Part shown: piece after piece, positions 18,666 to 28,882 of the stretch | How the letters are laid out: every line of letters begins with the position of its first letter | How positions within the stretch are numbered: position 1 is the first letter of the stretch | Assembly (NCBI GenBank): GCA_965261595.1 | Contig: CBDHDG010000005.1 | Coordinates: 928,001-992,000 of the forward strand | Direction of reading: 5' to 3' | Length of the DNA: 64,000 bases | Source: a bacterium | GTDB taxonomy: Bacteria; UBA8248; JACPRG01; G963555815 | The notes under the pieces: model-generated | Seen by the model: the letters and a program-made list of their open reading frames with translations, nothing else | Database searches by the model: none | Told to the model about the DNA's origin: nothing | Position numbers and translations under genes: made by a program

Positions 18666-18820
18666 GAAACTCCCCCCCCCTCCCCCCTCCGGCTGGACGG
18701 GGTCGGGCCGCCGCCGGTTGTCGGATGTTATGTTAAGCGACGAGGCGACGGGAGTATATCGATGGAGGCGCTGCCGCCCGACGGATCCAATCCTTCTTGA
18801 CGAATCCCGGCCCTTGATCA

Positions 18821-18857
18821 TCATTCCCGCACGACCCCCCGCCTGCGCGGGAATGAC
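18821..18857. repeat. Collapsed TCATTCCCGC...GCGGGAATGAC palindromic repeat element
   Basis: tcattcccgc-N-cccgcctgcgcgggaatgac, matches a widespread intergenic palindrome family. Confidence 0.55.
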
Positions 18858-19064
18858 AGAGTAGCGGTGCGGCAATGGGGAGGACGTTTCACGTTGGATG
18901 AGCATACGAATCGCTCCAACGGTCCTGAGCAAGATTGGCTTCTTTCCATTTCTAGAGATCAACAAATCCAACCATAAACCACCACGCGATATCCTTGACT
19001 GTCTCCGGGTTTCCGCGCAACCTGACGGCACGCTTCCAGCGTCAGGTTTTCGGAGGGGGAACCC

Positions 19065-20225
19065 ATGAAGGCGCGAAAACCGATTCCCCCGATTCAGGGC
19101 GGGTCGGGGTCTACGGTGTTCAAGTTCTGGCCGGAGAACGAGGACTGGTCCTGGCATTTTCTTCGGCCCATGGCCGAGGCCGTCTACGGCGGGGGCGAGG
19201 CGCAGGAGTGCCTGCGGGCGGCGGCGCGGATCACGCCGGGCGACAGGGAGAGCTGGCACGTGGAGTGGAAGGCCCTGGCCGATCAGGTGGCCGAGGCTGC
19301 GGAGGCGGCCCTGGCCAAGGGCCGGACGGTCACCGCCCGCGATCATCTCCTTCGGGCCTGCGCCTACTACCGGTGGGCGGAATACTTTCTTGCAGCCGAC
19401 GACCCCCGCAGGATTCCCACCTACAAGAAAGCCATCGACAGCTTCCGCAAGGCCGGCCCCCATCTCGACCCGCCCCTCGAGCGTGTAGAGGTCCCCTACG
19501 AAGGCGCGGTCCTTCAGGGTTATTTTTACCCCGGCCGGAGCCCCGCGGGGGAAAAGACCCCCGGAGCGCTCTACATCGCGGGCGTCGACGTCCTAAAGGA
19601 GGAGCTTTACTTCCTGGGGGGCAGGGCGCTCATCGAGCGGGGGCTCTCGCTGTTGGTGCTGGATTATCCGGGGCAGGGCGAGACCCTTCGGTTTCAGGAG
19701 ATCTTCAGCCGTCCCGATTACGAGGTTCCCGTGGGCGCGGCGCTGGACGTCCTGGCCGCCCGGCCCGAGGTGGACGGGGACCGCCTGGGCGTCATCGGCC
19801 GGAGCTTCGGCGGCTATTACGGCCCGCGCGCCGCGGCCTTCGACTCCCGCGTGAAGGCGCTGGTCGTTTTCGGCGCCATGTTCGCGGCCGTCGAGTTCTT
19901 CGACGATTACCCCATCTTCCGGGGCCAGCTCCAATGGCTGACGGGCTCGAAATCGCCCGAAGAGACGCGGGAGAAGCTGACGGCGTTCACGCTGGAATCG
20001 GTGATCGACAAGGTGGCTTGCCCCATCCTCGTGATTCACGGGGAGGGGGACCACCTGATGCCGATCTCGCACGCCCGGCGGACGTTCGACGGCGTCTCGT
20101 CCGTAGACAAAGAGCTCCTTCTGCACCGGGCCGATGAGCCGGGCGGGGTCCACTGTCAGTACGACAACTTTCCGACCACCGTTCCTTACTTCTGCGATTG
20201 GCTGGCGGAGCGGTTGCGGGCCTGA
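19065..20225 (+). CDS. Alpha/beta hydrolase, 2,6-dihydroxypseudooxynicotine hydrolase/FrsA-like
   Basis: RACAYYRWAEYF, VPYEG, DYPGQGE, GRSFGGYYGPRAAA, HGEGD, HCQ. Confidence 0.8.
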   Translation: MKARKPIPPIQGGSGSTVFKFWPENEDWSWHFLRPMAEAVYGGGEAQECLRAAARITPGDRESWHVEWKALADQVAEAAEAALAKGRTVTARDHLLRACAYYRWAEYFLAADDPRRIPTYKKAIDSFRKAGPHLDPPLERVEVPYEGAVLQGYFYPGRSPAGEKTPGALYIAGVDVLKEELYFLGGRALIERGLSLLVLDYPGQGETLRFQEIFSRPDYEVPVGAALDVLAARPEVDGDRLGVIGRSFGGYYGPRAAAFDSRVKALVVFGAMFAAVEFFDDYPIFRGQLQWLTGSKSPEETREKLTAFTLESVIDKVACPILVIHGEGDHLMPISHARRTFDGVSSVDKELLLHRADEPGGVHCQYDNFPTTVPYFCDWLAERLRA

Positions 20226-20296
20226 GGCGGCTTCTACGACCGCGACGGTCTACGGCCGTGACGGGAGCGTGCGAAACTGGGGGGAGAGCAGGGGGA

Positions 20297-21547
20297 ATGA
20301 GCGAAACAGGCGGCAGCGGCGGCATGGTCGAGACCTTGCTGGCCTTCAGACAAGAGAACCTCTACATCATCTTCTTCACCGAGATCCTCTTCTACACTTC
20401 CTTCGCCATGCTGATCCCGACGCTTCCCCTCTACTTGGCGGATTTCAAGGTCGGCACGACGCAGATCGGCTTGGTGATGAGCATTTTCGCCGTCGGCCTC
20501 CTGGGCTCCCGTCCGTACATCGGAAAGTTCATCGACCGCTACGGGGCGCGATGCACCTTGCGATACGGCGGCGGCATCCTGACGGGCTGCACGCTCCTGT
20601 ACGCGTTCGCCCCCGGGCTGATCTGGATCTACCCCATCCGGATCATTCACGGCGTCAGCATGGCGTTCCACTCCACGGCCTCCAACGCCATCGTGGCCTC
20701 CTCCACAACCTCCGAGAATCGCGGGGGGATCATGGGGCTGTTCGGCATTTCCCGGGCGGTCGCTTTCGGCGTCGGCCCTATCCTGGGAAGCTTCACGCTG
20801 GACATTTGGGGGCACAAGACCGTGTTCATCGTCGCGGCCGTCGTGGGTCTCGCGGCCATGATCCTGGCGAAATTCGGCGGGGAATGCTCGGAGGTCGAGA
20901 TCGAGACCAACCGGGCGGCCCTGAAGGAGTTCCTCCAGGACCGGACGTTGATCTTCGTCACGGTGGCCATGTTCCTCCTCACCCTCGCCCACGGCGGCCT
21001 GACGACGTTCATCCCCATCCACGTCAAAGAACGGATGGCCGGGAATCTGGGGACGTTTTATCTCGTGTATTCCCTTTCGATTACGCTGGTGGAGATCTTC
21101 GCCGGGAAGGCTTCGGACCGTCAATGCCGAATGCCCATCGCGCTCTGCTCGGTTTTGTTGCTCGGGGCCGGGTTCGTCGCGGTCGGGGGCGTTGCGGGGA
21201 TGCCCACGCTGATCCTGGCGGCCGTGATTTATGGGGCCGGGTTCGGAGGCTTCCAGGTGGCGATTGGGGCCTTCGTGGCGGATCAAACCAATGACGAGAA
21301 CCGCGGGAAGGTCTTCAGCATCTTCTACGCTTCGTATGATTTGGGAATCGCCCTCTCGGGCGTGGTGATGGGCGCCATCGCCGCCGGCGTGGGCCTGAGC
21401 GGCATGTTCTATCTCTCGTCTATTGTCGTCATCCCCTCGATCCTGCTTCTGATGTTCGCCCCGCGGGAAGGGGTCCGGGAGGCGTTCGCCTGCGGGTGGC
21501 TGGGGGAAACCCGTCCCGAGGTTCGTCACGCGGGCGGAAGTCTATAG
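20297..21547 (+). CDS. MFS transporter
   Basis: About 12 hydrophobic segments, GKFIDRYG and GKASDR motifs. Confidence 0.88.
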   Translation: MSETGGSGGMVETLLAFRQENLYIIFFTEILFYTSFAMLIPTLPLYLADFKVGTTQIGLVMSIFAVGLLGSRPYIGKFIDRYGARCTLRYGGGILTGCTLLYAFAPGLIWIYPIRIIHGVSMAFHSTASNAIVASSTTSENRGGIMGLFGISRAVAFGVGPILGSFTLDIWGHKTVFIVAAVVGLAAMILAKFGGECSEVEIETNRAALKEFLQDRTLIFVTVAMFLLTLAHGGLTTFIPIHVKERMAGNLGTFYLVYSLSITLVEIFAGKASDRQCRMPIALCSVLLLGAGFVAVGGVAGMPTLILAAVIYGAGFGGFQVAIGAFVADQTNDENRGKVFSIFYASYDLGIALSGVVMGAIAAGVGLSGMFYLSSIVVIPSILLLMFAPREGVREAFACGWLGETRPEVRHAGGSL

Positions 21548-21556
21548 CGGGTCCCG

Positions 21557-22909
21557 TTAATATTTCAGATAGAACCCGGACAGGAACGCCCAGGCGCCGC
21601 CGCCGTTGTTGAAGGGGTCTCTGTCGCCGGCGTCGGTGATGGGCTGGCCGATGTCGAACAGGAACCCGTTGACCGAGAGACGGATCGCCGGGATGGGCCG
21701 GTAGTTAAGGCCGAAGCCGAAGGTGTCCACACTCTGGCCGGGCAGGTTTTCAGAGTTGTCCGACCCGCTGCGGTCGTCCATGTCGATCGAGTCGAAACGG
21801 GCGACGAGCTCCACCCCCCCCTTCTTCCAATCGCCCGTCAGCAGGACCCCGGCCTGGACGGCGTATCCGGTTCGGATCAGGGCCCCGTTCCCCTTGCCCA
21901 GCGTCGGGCCTTCGCGCTCCTGGATTTCGTAAATGATCTCGGCCAGGGTGGAGAGGGGGAGACCCTCCTTCTTCCGGTAGTCTTTGTTCCACCCGATGTC
22001 TACGCCCAAGCGGGTCCTGAGGCCCTCGGTGGCGGCATTGAAAACGCTCAGCCGGTTGTCCCGGAGAAAGAGCCGCGTTCGGCCGCCGAGGGGGTTGTGG
22101 GGTTGCCGGCCGACGGAGGCGTTCGCGCCGACCTCGATGGGCCAGCGGTCCCGCCACGCGGTCGGGCGGAAAGGCCTTCCCACCGTCCTGAAGGAGAAGT
22201 CTTTCTCGCTGTTGTCGTCGTCGCCGTCGCCGGTCCCGTTGGTGACGGCGGCCCGCAGGTGGATGGCCGGGTGCGGGTCGCTCAAAACGAAGACGCCCCG
22301 GCCCACGCTCTCGCGCAGGTTGTCGCCGATCATGGAGCGTTCGAGGAAGAACAGGTTGAAGCGGCTGGTGAGGGCTTCGGCCCCGAACGGGGCCAAGTGC
22401 TGACCGACCCGGATTCGGAAGGCCTTGTATCGCTCCCAACCCACGTATGTGGTCGAAGAAAGCAGCGAGCTTCCGGCCCCCGCGAGGGTCAGCCGGTAAG
22501 TGAAGTCCCGGAACAGCCGGCCCTGAAAGGTCACCCGGCCGCGTCTCAGCAAAAAGTTCCCGTTCGCCTCGGCGTCCCGGGGGAACGCGCTGAATTGGGT
22601 ATAGATCTCCGTTCCGATCCGCAGCTCGTGCTTTTTGTCCACGGACTCGATTTTCAGGCCGTCTTTGTAGCCGATGTTCAACGGCGGTCGGGGATTCTCC
22701 GATCTGTCGGCGGGGCGACCCTTTTTCTTGTGATCCGCTTTCTTGAGGCGTTTGTACTCTCCCTCGGCGAGGATCCCCTTTTTTCGGAGCAAATCCAGCA
22801 GCCCGGCGGCATGGGTGATTTCCTGCCGAGGGGTGGAGGCCAAGAGGAGTGCGGAAACCAGGACCGCCGTCGGGAAAAAGCGGCGGGGTCTCGTGTCTTT
22901 ACCGTTCAT
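21557..22909 (-). CDS. OprO/OprP-like outer membrane porin
   Basis: Signal peptide, LRRGRV, RVGQHLAPFG.E, LERSM, C-terminal aromatic beta-strand (FYLKY). Confidence 0.7.
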   Translation of the reverse strand: MNGKDTRPRRFFPTAVLVSALLLASTPRQEITHAAGLLDLLRKKGILAEGEYKRLKKADHKKKGRPADRSENPRPPLNIGYKDGLKIESVDKKHELRIGTEIYTQFSAFPRDAEANGNFLLRRGRVTFQGRLFRDFTYRLTLAGAGSSLLSSTTYVGWERYKAFRIRVGQHLAPFGAEALTSRFNLFFLERSMIGDNLRESVGRGVFVLSDPHPAIHLRAAVTNGTGDGDDDNSEKDFSFRTVGRPFRPTAWRDRWPIEVGANASVGRQPHNPLGGRTRLFLRDNRLSVFNAATEGLRTRLGVDIGWNKDYRKKEGLPLSTLAEIIYEIQEREGPTLGKGNGALIRTGYAVQAGVLLTGDWKKGGVELVARFDSIDMDDRSGSDNSENLPGQSVDTFGFGLNYRPIPAIRLSVNGFLFDIGQPITDAGDRDPFNNGGGAWAFLSGFYLKY

Positions 22910-23003
22910 CGGGAAGTTGACCGAGCCGGCGCGGGGCCGCCTCCATCGGCATCGAGGGTCCAAACCTTCATCTTTCTCTCCGCCGGGCGTCGAAAACTAC
23001 CGC

Positions 23004-23056
23004 ACTATACCATTTGTCCGTCGAATGGTGCCCTCTCGGGATATTGATGGTATACT
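23004..23056. promoter_or_regulatory. Back-to-back extended -10 promoters (porin / NMT1 gene)
   Basis: TGGTATAGT on minus (23012-23004) and TGGTATACT on plus (23048-23056). Confidence 0.5.
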
Positions 23057-23128
23057 GTGAGCCAAAATCGGAAAATATGGATTTCGGGCAGCCGTTGCTC
23101 TCTAACCAAACCCCAGGAGGGTCTGTCT

Positions 23129-24148
23129 ATGAATCGGGTCGCCAAATGGCTTCGCCTCAATGTCTGGGTCGGGATTCTTCTCTGTCTGTCCTTTGTGTTG
23201 GTCCCCGCTTCGGGTTTTTCCGCGGAAAAGGTGAAATTTGGGTTTTCCTGGATCCTGGTCGCCCAGACGATCCCCTTTTACGTCGCCCTTGATAAAGGGT
23301 ATTGGCGGACCGAAGGCCTGGATGTGAATATCCTCCGAGGATTTGGTTCGGGGGATGCCGTCAAGAAGGTCGCCGCGGGAGCGACGGACATCGGGGCCGC
23401 CGACTCCGCCACATTGGTCATCGCGCGCTCGAAAGGGGCCATGGTCAAAGAAGTCGCCATGACTCACATGAAGACCATGCACACCATCTGCGCATTGGGC
23501 GGCTCGGGAATCACCAAGCCGAGAGACCTGATCGGCAAGAAGATCGCTTCCACCGCCAAGGCGTCCACGCGGGTGATCTTTCCGGCCTTCACGGAAATGA
23601 ACGGTTTCAAGGTGGCGGACATCACCTGGCTCACCTCCTCCTATGCGGCGGTCATCCCGAGCCTCATGACCGGCAATGCCGACGCCGCCGTTTGCTACGC
23701 CGCGGAGATGCCGCAAATCCAAAAAATGGCCCGGAATGCGGGCAAGAAGATGGTGCCCATGCGCTTCGCGGACCATGGCCTCAACATGTACGGGAACGGC
23801 GTGATCGCCTCCGACAAGGCCATCGCGGAGAAGCCGAAATTCGTGGGCGGGTTCGTCCGGGGCGCCGTCAAGGGTTGGGCCTGGTCGGTGGAAAACCGCC
23901 AGGCGGCCACGGACATCTATCTGAAGCACCATGGCGAAGCCGACGCCAAAATCGCCCGGGAGATCATGGACGTTCTGGCCGACCATTTCGTCACGGCCGA
24001 GGCCAGGAAGCACGGCTACGGCTTCATGACGAAGAAGACGATGACGCGGACGCGGGACCTCATGGCGCGCTTCTACGGCATCAAGAACGTCATGCCGGTG
24101 GAGGACCTCTACACCAACCGGTTCATCCCGAAAATCATGCCCAAGTAA
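23129..24148 (+). CDS. ABC transporter substrate-binding protein, NMT1/THI5 family
   Basis: Signal peptide, RGFGSGDAVK, LNMYGNG, YTNRFIP; SD AGGAGG. Confidence 0.85.
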   Translation: MNRVAKWLRLNVWVGILLCLSFVLVPASGFSAEKVKFGFSWILVAQTIPFYVALDKGYWRTEGLDVNILRGFGSGDAVKKVAAGATDIGAADSATLVIARSKGAMVKEVAMTHMKTMHTICALGGSGITKPRDLIGKKIASTAKASTRVIFPAFTEMNGFKVADITWLTSSYAAVIPSLMTGNADAAVCYAAEMPQIQKMARNAGKKMVPMRFADHGLNMYGNGVIASDKAIAEKPKFVGGFVRGAVKGWAWSVENRQAATDIYLKHHGEADAKIAREIMDVLADHFVTAEARKHGYGFMTKKTMTRTRDLMARFYGIKNVMPVEDLYTNRFIPKIMPK

Positions 24149-24350
24149 GGGAGCGGGACTGTCCCTGAAGAAAATCGCCGGGAATCCGGCTCCGGAGTTT
24201 CGCGCTCCGGGGCTGGCCGCGCGGTCCGGTTTGTCCGCGCCCTGTGGGGGAGGTTGCGGGGCAAAGGGCCGGAATCGTTTGCCAATCGGTTCGAAGACGT
24301 AAGCCGGCAGGATATGTTTCGATCACCGAAAGGCCTGGAAACAGGGGACC

Positions 24351-25349
24351 ATGGTTATGAGATTCGGCGCGGTGATCATTGCGACCGACCCGCCCAATGA
24401 ATTCATCAAGGTGGTGGAGATGTGCGAGGACCTGGGCTTCGACACCATCTGGGACACGGACGCTTCCCTCCACGCCCGCGATGCCTATCCCTACCTCACC
24501 CTCCTCGCGCTGCATACAACCCGCGCCCGGATCGGCGTCAACGTCTCGCATCCCTTCACCCGACACCCCGCGGTCACCGCGAACGCCATCGCGACGGTGG
24601 ATGAGATCGCCCAAGGGCGGACGATCCTGGGCGTCGGCGCCGGCGACCGCCCGCAGACCGAGCTCGGGCAACGGCCGGCACGTGTCGCAGAGCTGCGGGA
24701 AATGGTCGAGCTCATCCGCCGTCTGTTGAGGCGTGAAAAGATCACCCATGACGGTCCGACCTTCCGCGTCAAAGAAGGGCAATTGCGTTCGGGCTTCACA
24801 TCCGAGATTCCCATTTACATGGCGGCGTCCGGTCCGCGGATGCTGGAGCTCGCCGGGGAGGTCGCGGACGGGGTCATCATGCAGGTGGGGATTGCGCCCG
24901 AAGGCGTGGACTACGCCCTGTCTCACCTGCGGCGGGGCGCCGAGAAGGCCGGCCGGTCCATGGCGGATTTGGAGTTGTGCCTGATCCTCAACTGCTGCAT
25001 CTATCGAGATCGCGCCAGGGCGATCCGCGAAGGCCGGCTCCACGCCGCCTGGTACCCGCAAACGGCGCCAAGGGCGACCGAAGCGATAGGGGTGTCCAAG
25101 GAACAGGCGGACCGGATCCGTGCGGCCTATTCGGGGGGACATCTCAATGAGGCGCTGGACGCCGCCGAGCTGGTGCCCGAAAGCCTCGTACAGAAATTCG
25201 TCCTCGCCGGCGCGCCGGAAGAAGTTCGCGAAATGATTCACCGGGTGGCCGAGAAGGGCATACAGCAGATTCAAATCTTCGCGCTCGGTCCGGACAGGCA
25301 TCAGATCCTGAGAACCTTCGGCGAGACCGTAATCCCCCATTTCCGGTAG
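24351..25349 (+). CDS. LLM-class flavin/F420-dependent oxidoreductase (Mer-like)
   Basis: GFDTIW, TRHPAVTA, LGVGAGD, AASGPRMLELAGEVADG. Confidence 0.85.
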   Translation: MVMRFGAVIIATDPPNEFIKVVEMCEDLGFDTIWDTDASLHARDAYPYLTLLALHTTRARIGVNVSHPFTRHPAVTANAIATVDEIAQGRTILGVGAGDRPQTELGQRPARVAELREMVELIRRLLRREKITHDGPTFRVKEGQLRSGFTSEIPIYMAASGPRMLELAGEVADGVIMQVGIAPEGVDYALSHLRRGAEKAGRSMADLELCLILNCCIYRDRARAIREGRLHAAWYPQTAPRATEAIGVSKEQADRIRAAYSGGHLNEALDAAELVPESLVQKFVLAGAPEEVREMIHRVAEKGIQQIQIFALGPDRHQILRTFGETVIPHFR

Positions 25350-25358
25350 AGGCAAGCC

Positions 25359-26543
25359 ATGACCGCTGGATCCACCGCCCCGGCCGTGGACGCCGAAGGG
25401 CTCATCGCCTTGACCCAGGCCATGGTCCGAACGCCCAGCCCGACCGGGCGGGAAGAAGCGATCAGCCGGCTCGTCGAGGGCGAGATGCGGCGCGCCGGAT
25501 TCGACGAGGTCCGCCGGGACCCTATCGGGAACGTCTTGGGCTTCCTCCACGGCCGGGACCCCCGCCTCCGTCTGCTGTTCAACGGCCATATCGACCATGC
25601 CGAGACCGGGTCGATGCCCGACCCCTATTCCGGGGACCTGGTGGACGGGAGCCGCTTCGGGCGGGAGGGAACGGCGCTCGTCGGGCGGGCGGCGTGCGAC
25701 ATGAAAGGGGCCGTCGCGGCCATGATCTACGCGGCCAAAGCGGTGCGGGACGCCGGGACGGCGCTCGCCCAATCGGTCGTGGTGACGGCGGTCGTGAAAG
25801 AAGAGGCCGCCCGGGGTGAGGGCATTCTGTATGTCCTCGAAGAGGACGGCGTCCGGGCGGACATGGCCGTGAGCGGGGAGGCGACCAATCTGGATGTTTA
25901 CGTGGGCCACCGGGGGAAGCTGGAGTTCCTCGTGACGACGAAGGGCCGCACCTGCCACGCGAGCAATCCGGGCAACGGAGTGAACGCCATTTTCCTGATG
26001 CAGCGCTTCCTGGAAAGCCTCCAGCGCGACTACGAACTTCCGTCGCACGAGTTTCTGGGGGATTGCACGATGACGGTCATCGACATCGTGGCCAGGCCCG
26101 GACGGCTGACGCCCGTTGTGCCGGACCGATGCGAGATTGTGCTCGACCGCCGGTACCTGCCCGGCGAGTCGGCGGAAAGCGTCGAGGGGGAGGTCCGCGC
26201 CCTGTTGGACCGGCTGGCCCGAGACGGCGGGTTCGAGGGCGACGTCTCTTTGCTCAAGGATTTTCCGGTCTTCTTCTGCGACCCGGAAGAGAAGGTCGTC
26301 GAACTCGCCCGGGGGGCCCGCCGGAAGGTGATGGGCGACCCGGGGACCCCGGGCGCTTGGCGCTTCGGGGTGGACGGAACATTCATTCAAAAGGCCGGCA
26401 TCCCCTGCGTCGGGTTCGGGCCGGGGAGCGAAGAATTCGCGCACACGCCGGAAGATCATGTGTTTGTGGATGATCTCGTCACGGCCGCGCGCGTCTATGG
26501 TCAAATCATGATGGACGCGTGCGGGGAAGAGAACGGACGTTAG
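25359..26543 (+). CDS. M20 family metallo-hydrolase (ArgE/YgeY-like)
   Basis: NGHIDH, GRAACDMKG, KEE, GEAT, GFGPG..AH. Confidence 0.85.
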   Translation: MTAGSTAPAVDAEGLIALTQAMVRTPSPTGREEAISRLVEGEMRRAGFDEVRRDPIGNVLGFLHGRDPRLRLLFNGHIDHAETGSMPDPYSGDLVDGSRFGREGTALVGRAACDMKGAVAAMIYAAKAVRDAGTALAQSVVVTAVVKEEAARGEGILYVLEEDGVRADMAVSGEATNLDVYVGHRGKLEFLVTTKGRTCHASNPGNGVNAIFLMQRFLESLQRDYELPSHEFLGDCTMTVIDIVARPGRLTPVVPDRCEIVLDRRYLPGESAESVEGEVRALLDRLARDGGFEGDVSLLKDFPVFFCDPEEKVVELARGARRKVMGDPGTPGAWRFGVDGTFIQKAGIPCVGFGPGSEEFAHTPEDHVFVDDLVTAARVYGQIMMDACGEENGR

Positions 26544-26562
26544 CCCGCGGGGAGAGAACAAA

Positions 26563-27753
26563 ATGGCCGGACCGCTGGAGGGGATAAAGGTTCTCGATCT
26601 CACCCGGTTCCTCGCGGGCGCTTACTGCACGATGGTCTTGGGCGACCTGGGCGCCGAAATCATCAAGGTTGAACATCCCCAAGGCGGAGACCCTTCCAGG
26701 AACGTCGGACCTTATTACGACGGGGACGTGAGCTCCTATTTCCTCAGCGTCAACCGGGGAAAGCGGAGCGTGACGCTGGATTTGAAAACGGAGAAGGCGA
26801 AAAACGCCGTCTTTCGTCTCGCCGCCCGGTCGGACATCGTGGTGGAGAACTTCGTGCCGGGCGCCATGGAGCGATTTGGCCTCGGTTACGAAACGCTCCG
26901 GGAAAAAAACCCGGGAATCATCTATGCGGCGTGCTCCGGATTCGGGCGGACGGGTCCTTACGCCCGCCGGACGGCGTTCGACATGCTGATTCAGGGCATG
27001 GCCGGGACAGTGAGCATCACCGGGGAGCCTGACCGGCCCCCCGTCCGCGCGGGTTTCTCCATCGGCGACATCGGGGCGTCGATGTTTCTGACCGTCGGCA
27101 TCCTGGCCGCTTTGAGAGAGCGTGAACAATCCGGCGAGGGCCAGCTTGTAGAAGTCGGGATGCTGGATTGCCAGGTGGCGCTGCTGGAGAACGCCTTCGC
27201 GCGATATTTCTGCTCGGGAGAAGTCCCCCAGCCGGAGGGAGGGCGCCACCCCGTGGCCACGCCCGTTCAAATCGTCCCGACAGCGGACGGCTACATGATT
27301 CTGGCGATCGCCAACGACACGCAATGGGAAACCTTCTGCGGGGATGTCGGCCGTCCCGAATGGGCGGAGGATGAGCGCTTCAAGACCAATCCGCGGCGCG
27401 TAGCCAACCGGGAAATCCTTGAAGGGATGCTTTTCGACCTGACGCGCTCGCGCACCACGTCGGAATGGACGGAGGCGATGGAGAAGATCAAGATCCCGTG
27501 CGGACCGGTGAACCGAATCGATCAAGCGGCGGAAGACCCTCAGGTTCGCTCCCGGGAGATGGTGGTCGAGGTGGAGCACCCTCGCCGGGGGGCCCTGAAG
27601 GTGATCAACAATCCCATCCGGTTCTCACGCTCCACGGTTGGGCCCCAGGGGGGGGCGGCCGATTTGGGTGAGCACACGGAAGAGATTCTCCGAGACCTTG
27701 TCGGTCTGTCATCCGAGGAAATCGAGGCCTGGAGAGAAGGGGAAATCGTTTAA
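26563..27753 (+). CDS. Family III CoA-transferase (CaiB/BaiF)
   Basis: LDLTRFLAG, LGDLGAEIIKVE, NRGKRS, VENF, GDIGA, LGEHT. Confidence 0.92.
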   Translation: MAGPLEGIKVLDLTRFLAGAYCTMVLGDLGAEIIKVEHPQGGDPSRNVGPYYDGDVSSYFLSVNRGKRSVTLDLKTEKAKNAVFRLAARSDIVVENFVPGAMERFGLGYETLREKNPGIIYAACSGFGRTGPYARRTAFDMLIQGMAGTVSITGEPDRPPVRAGFSIGDIGASMFLTVGILAALREREQSGEGQLVEVGMLDCQVALLENAFARYFCSGEVPQPEGGRHPVATPVQIVPTADGYMILAIANDTQWETFCGDVGRPEWAEDERFKTNPRRVANREILEGMLFDLTRSRTTSEWTEAMEKIKIPCGPVNRIDQAAEDPQVRSREMVVEVEHPRRGALKVINNPIRFSRSTVGPQGGAADLGEHTEEILRDLVGLSSEEIEAWREGEIV

Positions 27754-27804
27754 CCGGGCGCCACAATCCAGGGGTGCCTCCGGACGCGCCGTGGACCGGG
27801 GAGG

Positions 27805-28824
27805 ATGAGGATGCAGACGGTGGACAAACTGGAAGCGGTGAGCTCCATCCGCCGGATCTTGGATCAGTGCGTCGGCATTGCGCCCGGCGAGCAGGTGCTC
27901 ATCGTGACGGACGGCGGTTTCAACCTCGAGCTGGCCGAACTTTTCGCAATCTGTTGCGCCGAGCGCGACGCCGAGGTCGCGACGATGGTCATGCGGACGC
28001 GGGACCATGTGGGCGACCTGCCGCCGCCCATGGTCGTCGAGGCGATGAAAACCTCGGACGTTGTTCTGGAGATGTGCAAGATCTGGGTGGGCAGCGCTCC
28101 CTCGCGCATCGAGGCCTGCAAAGCGGGGGCGCGGTACTGCACGTGGCCGGCCCTGGATGAGATTGTCCTGCGGAAAAACGGACCTGCCTGGGCGGACTTC
28201 GAGGGCCTTCATCCACACCTCATGGCCTTGGACAAGAAATTCACCGAGGCCAAGCGGGTCCGGGTGGAAACGAAAGCGGGCACGCGCATCGAAGCCGTTA
28301 TCGAGGGCCGGCAAGGGAGAACCCTCTCGGGCATCTGCCGGGAAAAAGGCCGGTACGAGGCGCCGCCCCACATGGAGGTCGGCATCGGTCCGATCGAGGA
28401 TTCAACGCAGGGTGTGATCGTCGTCGACGGGCGCGTCCAGCACACCCCTTTCGGGGAGGTGACGGCGCCCTTCGAGATGATTGTCGAGGGCGGCCGGATT
28501 ACGGAGATCCGGAGCGAGGGGGGCGGGAAGGTCTTCGCGGACTTCCTCCGGGACGCCCTGGCGGCGTACCAAGACCCGAACATATACGTCATCGCGGAGA
28601 TCGCCCTCGGGATGAACCCCAAGGCCAACCGGCTGGACCGCGACATGGAGGGCGAGTCCGGCCTGGGCACCGCCCATTTCGGCATCGGGGACAACATTGG
28701 CTATGGGGGGACGAACAAAGCGCCGGGCCACCGGGATTGTGTCGTCCGTGATGTGACGTTCTTCCTGGACGATGAGTTGATCGTCAAGGACGGCGTGATT
28801 CAGCTCGAAGGCTTTCCGATCTAA
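27805..28824 (+). CDS. M29/AmpT-like leucyl aminopeptidase family metalloprotein
   Basis: GVIVVDG, IAEIALGMNP, GTAHFGIG, HRD. Confidence 0.72.
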   Translation: MRMQTVDKLEAVSSIRRILDQCVGIAPGEQVLIVTDGGFNLELAELFAICCAERDAEVATMVMRTRDHVGDLPPPMVVEAMKTSDVVLEMCKIWVGSAPSRIEACKAGARYCTWPALDEIVLRKNGPAWADFEGLHPHLMALDKKFTEAKRVRVETKAGTRIEAVIEGRQGRTLSGICREKGRYEAPPHMEVGIGPIEDSTQGVIVVDGRVQHTPFGEVTAPFEMIVEGGRITEIRSEGGGKVFADFLRDALAAYQDPNIYVIAEIALGMNPKANRLDRDMEGESGLGTAHFGIGDNIGYGGTNKAPGHRDCVVRDVTFFLDDELIVKDGVIQLEGFPI

Positions 28825-28882
28825 AGAGAGGTTGAACGGGGAAGTCCGCGGCCTCCGCCGACTTCCTCCAGGAGGGGGTGGA

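Noticed and set aside
18711..18738. dif-like TTATGTTAA
   Set aside because: Only a partial XerD arm and no XerC arm; more likely promoter sequence.
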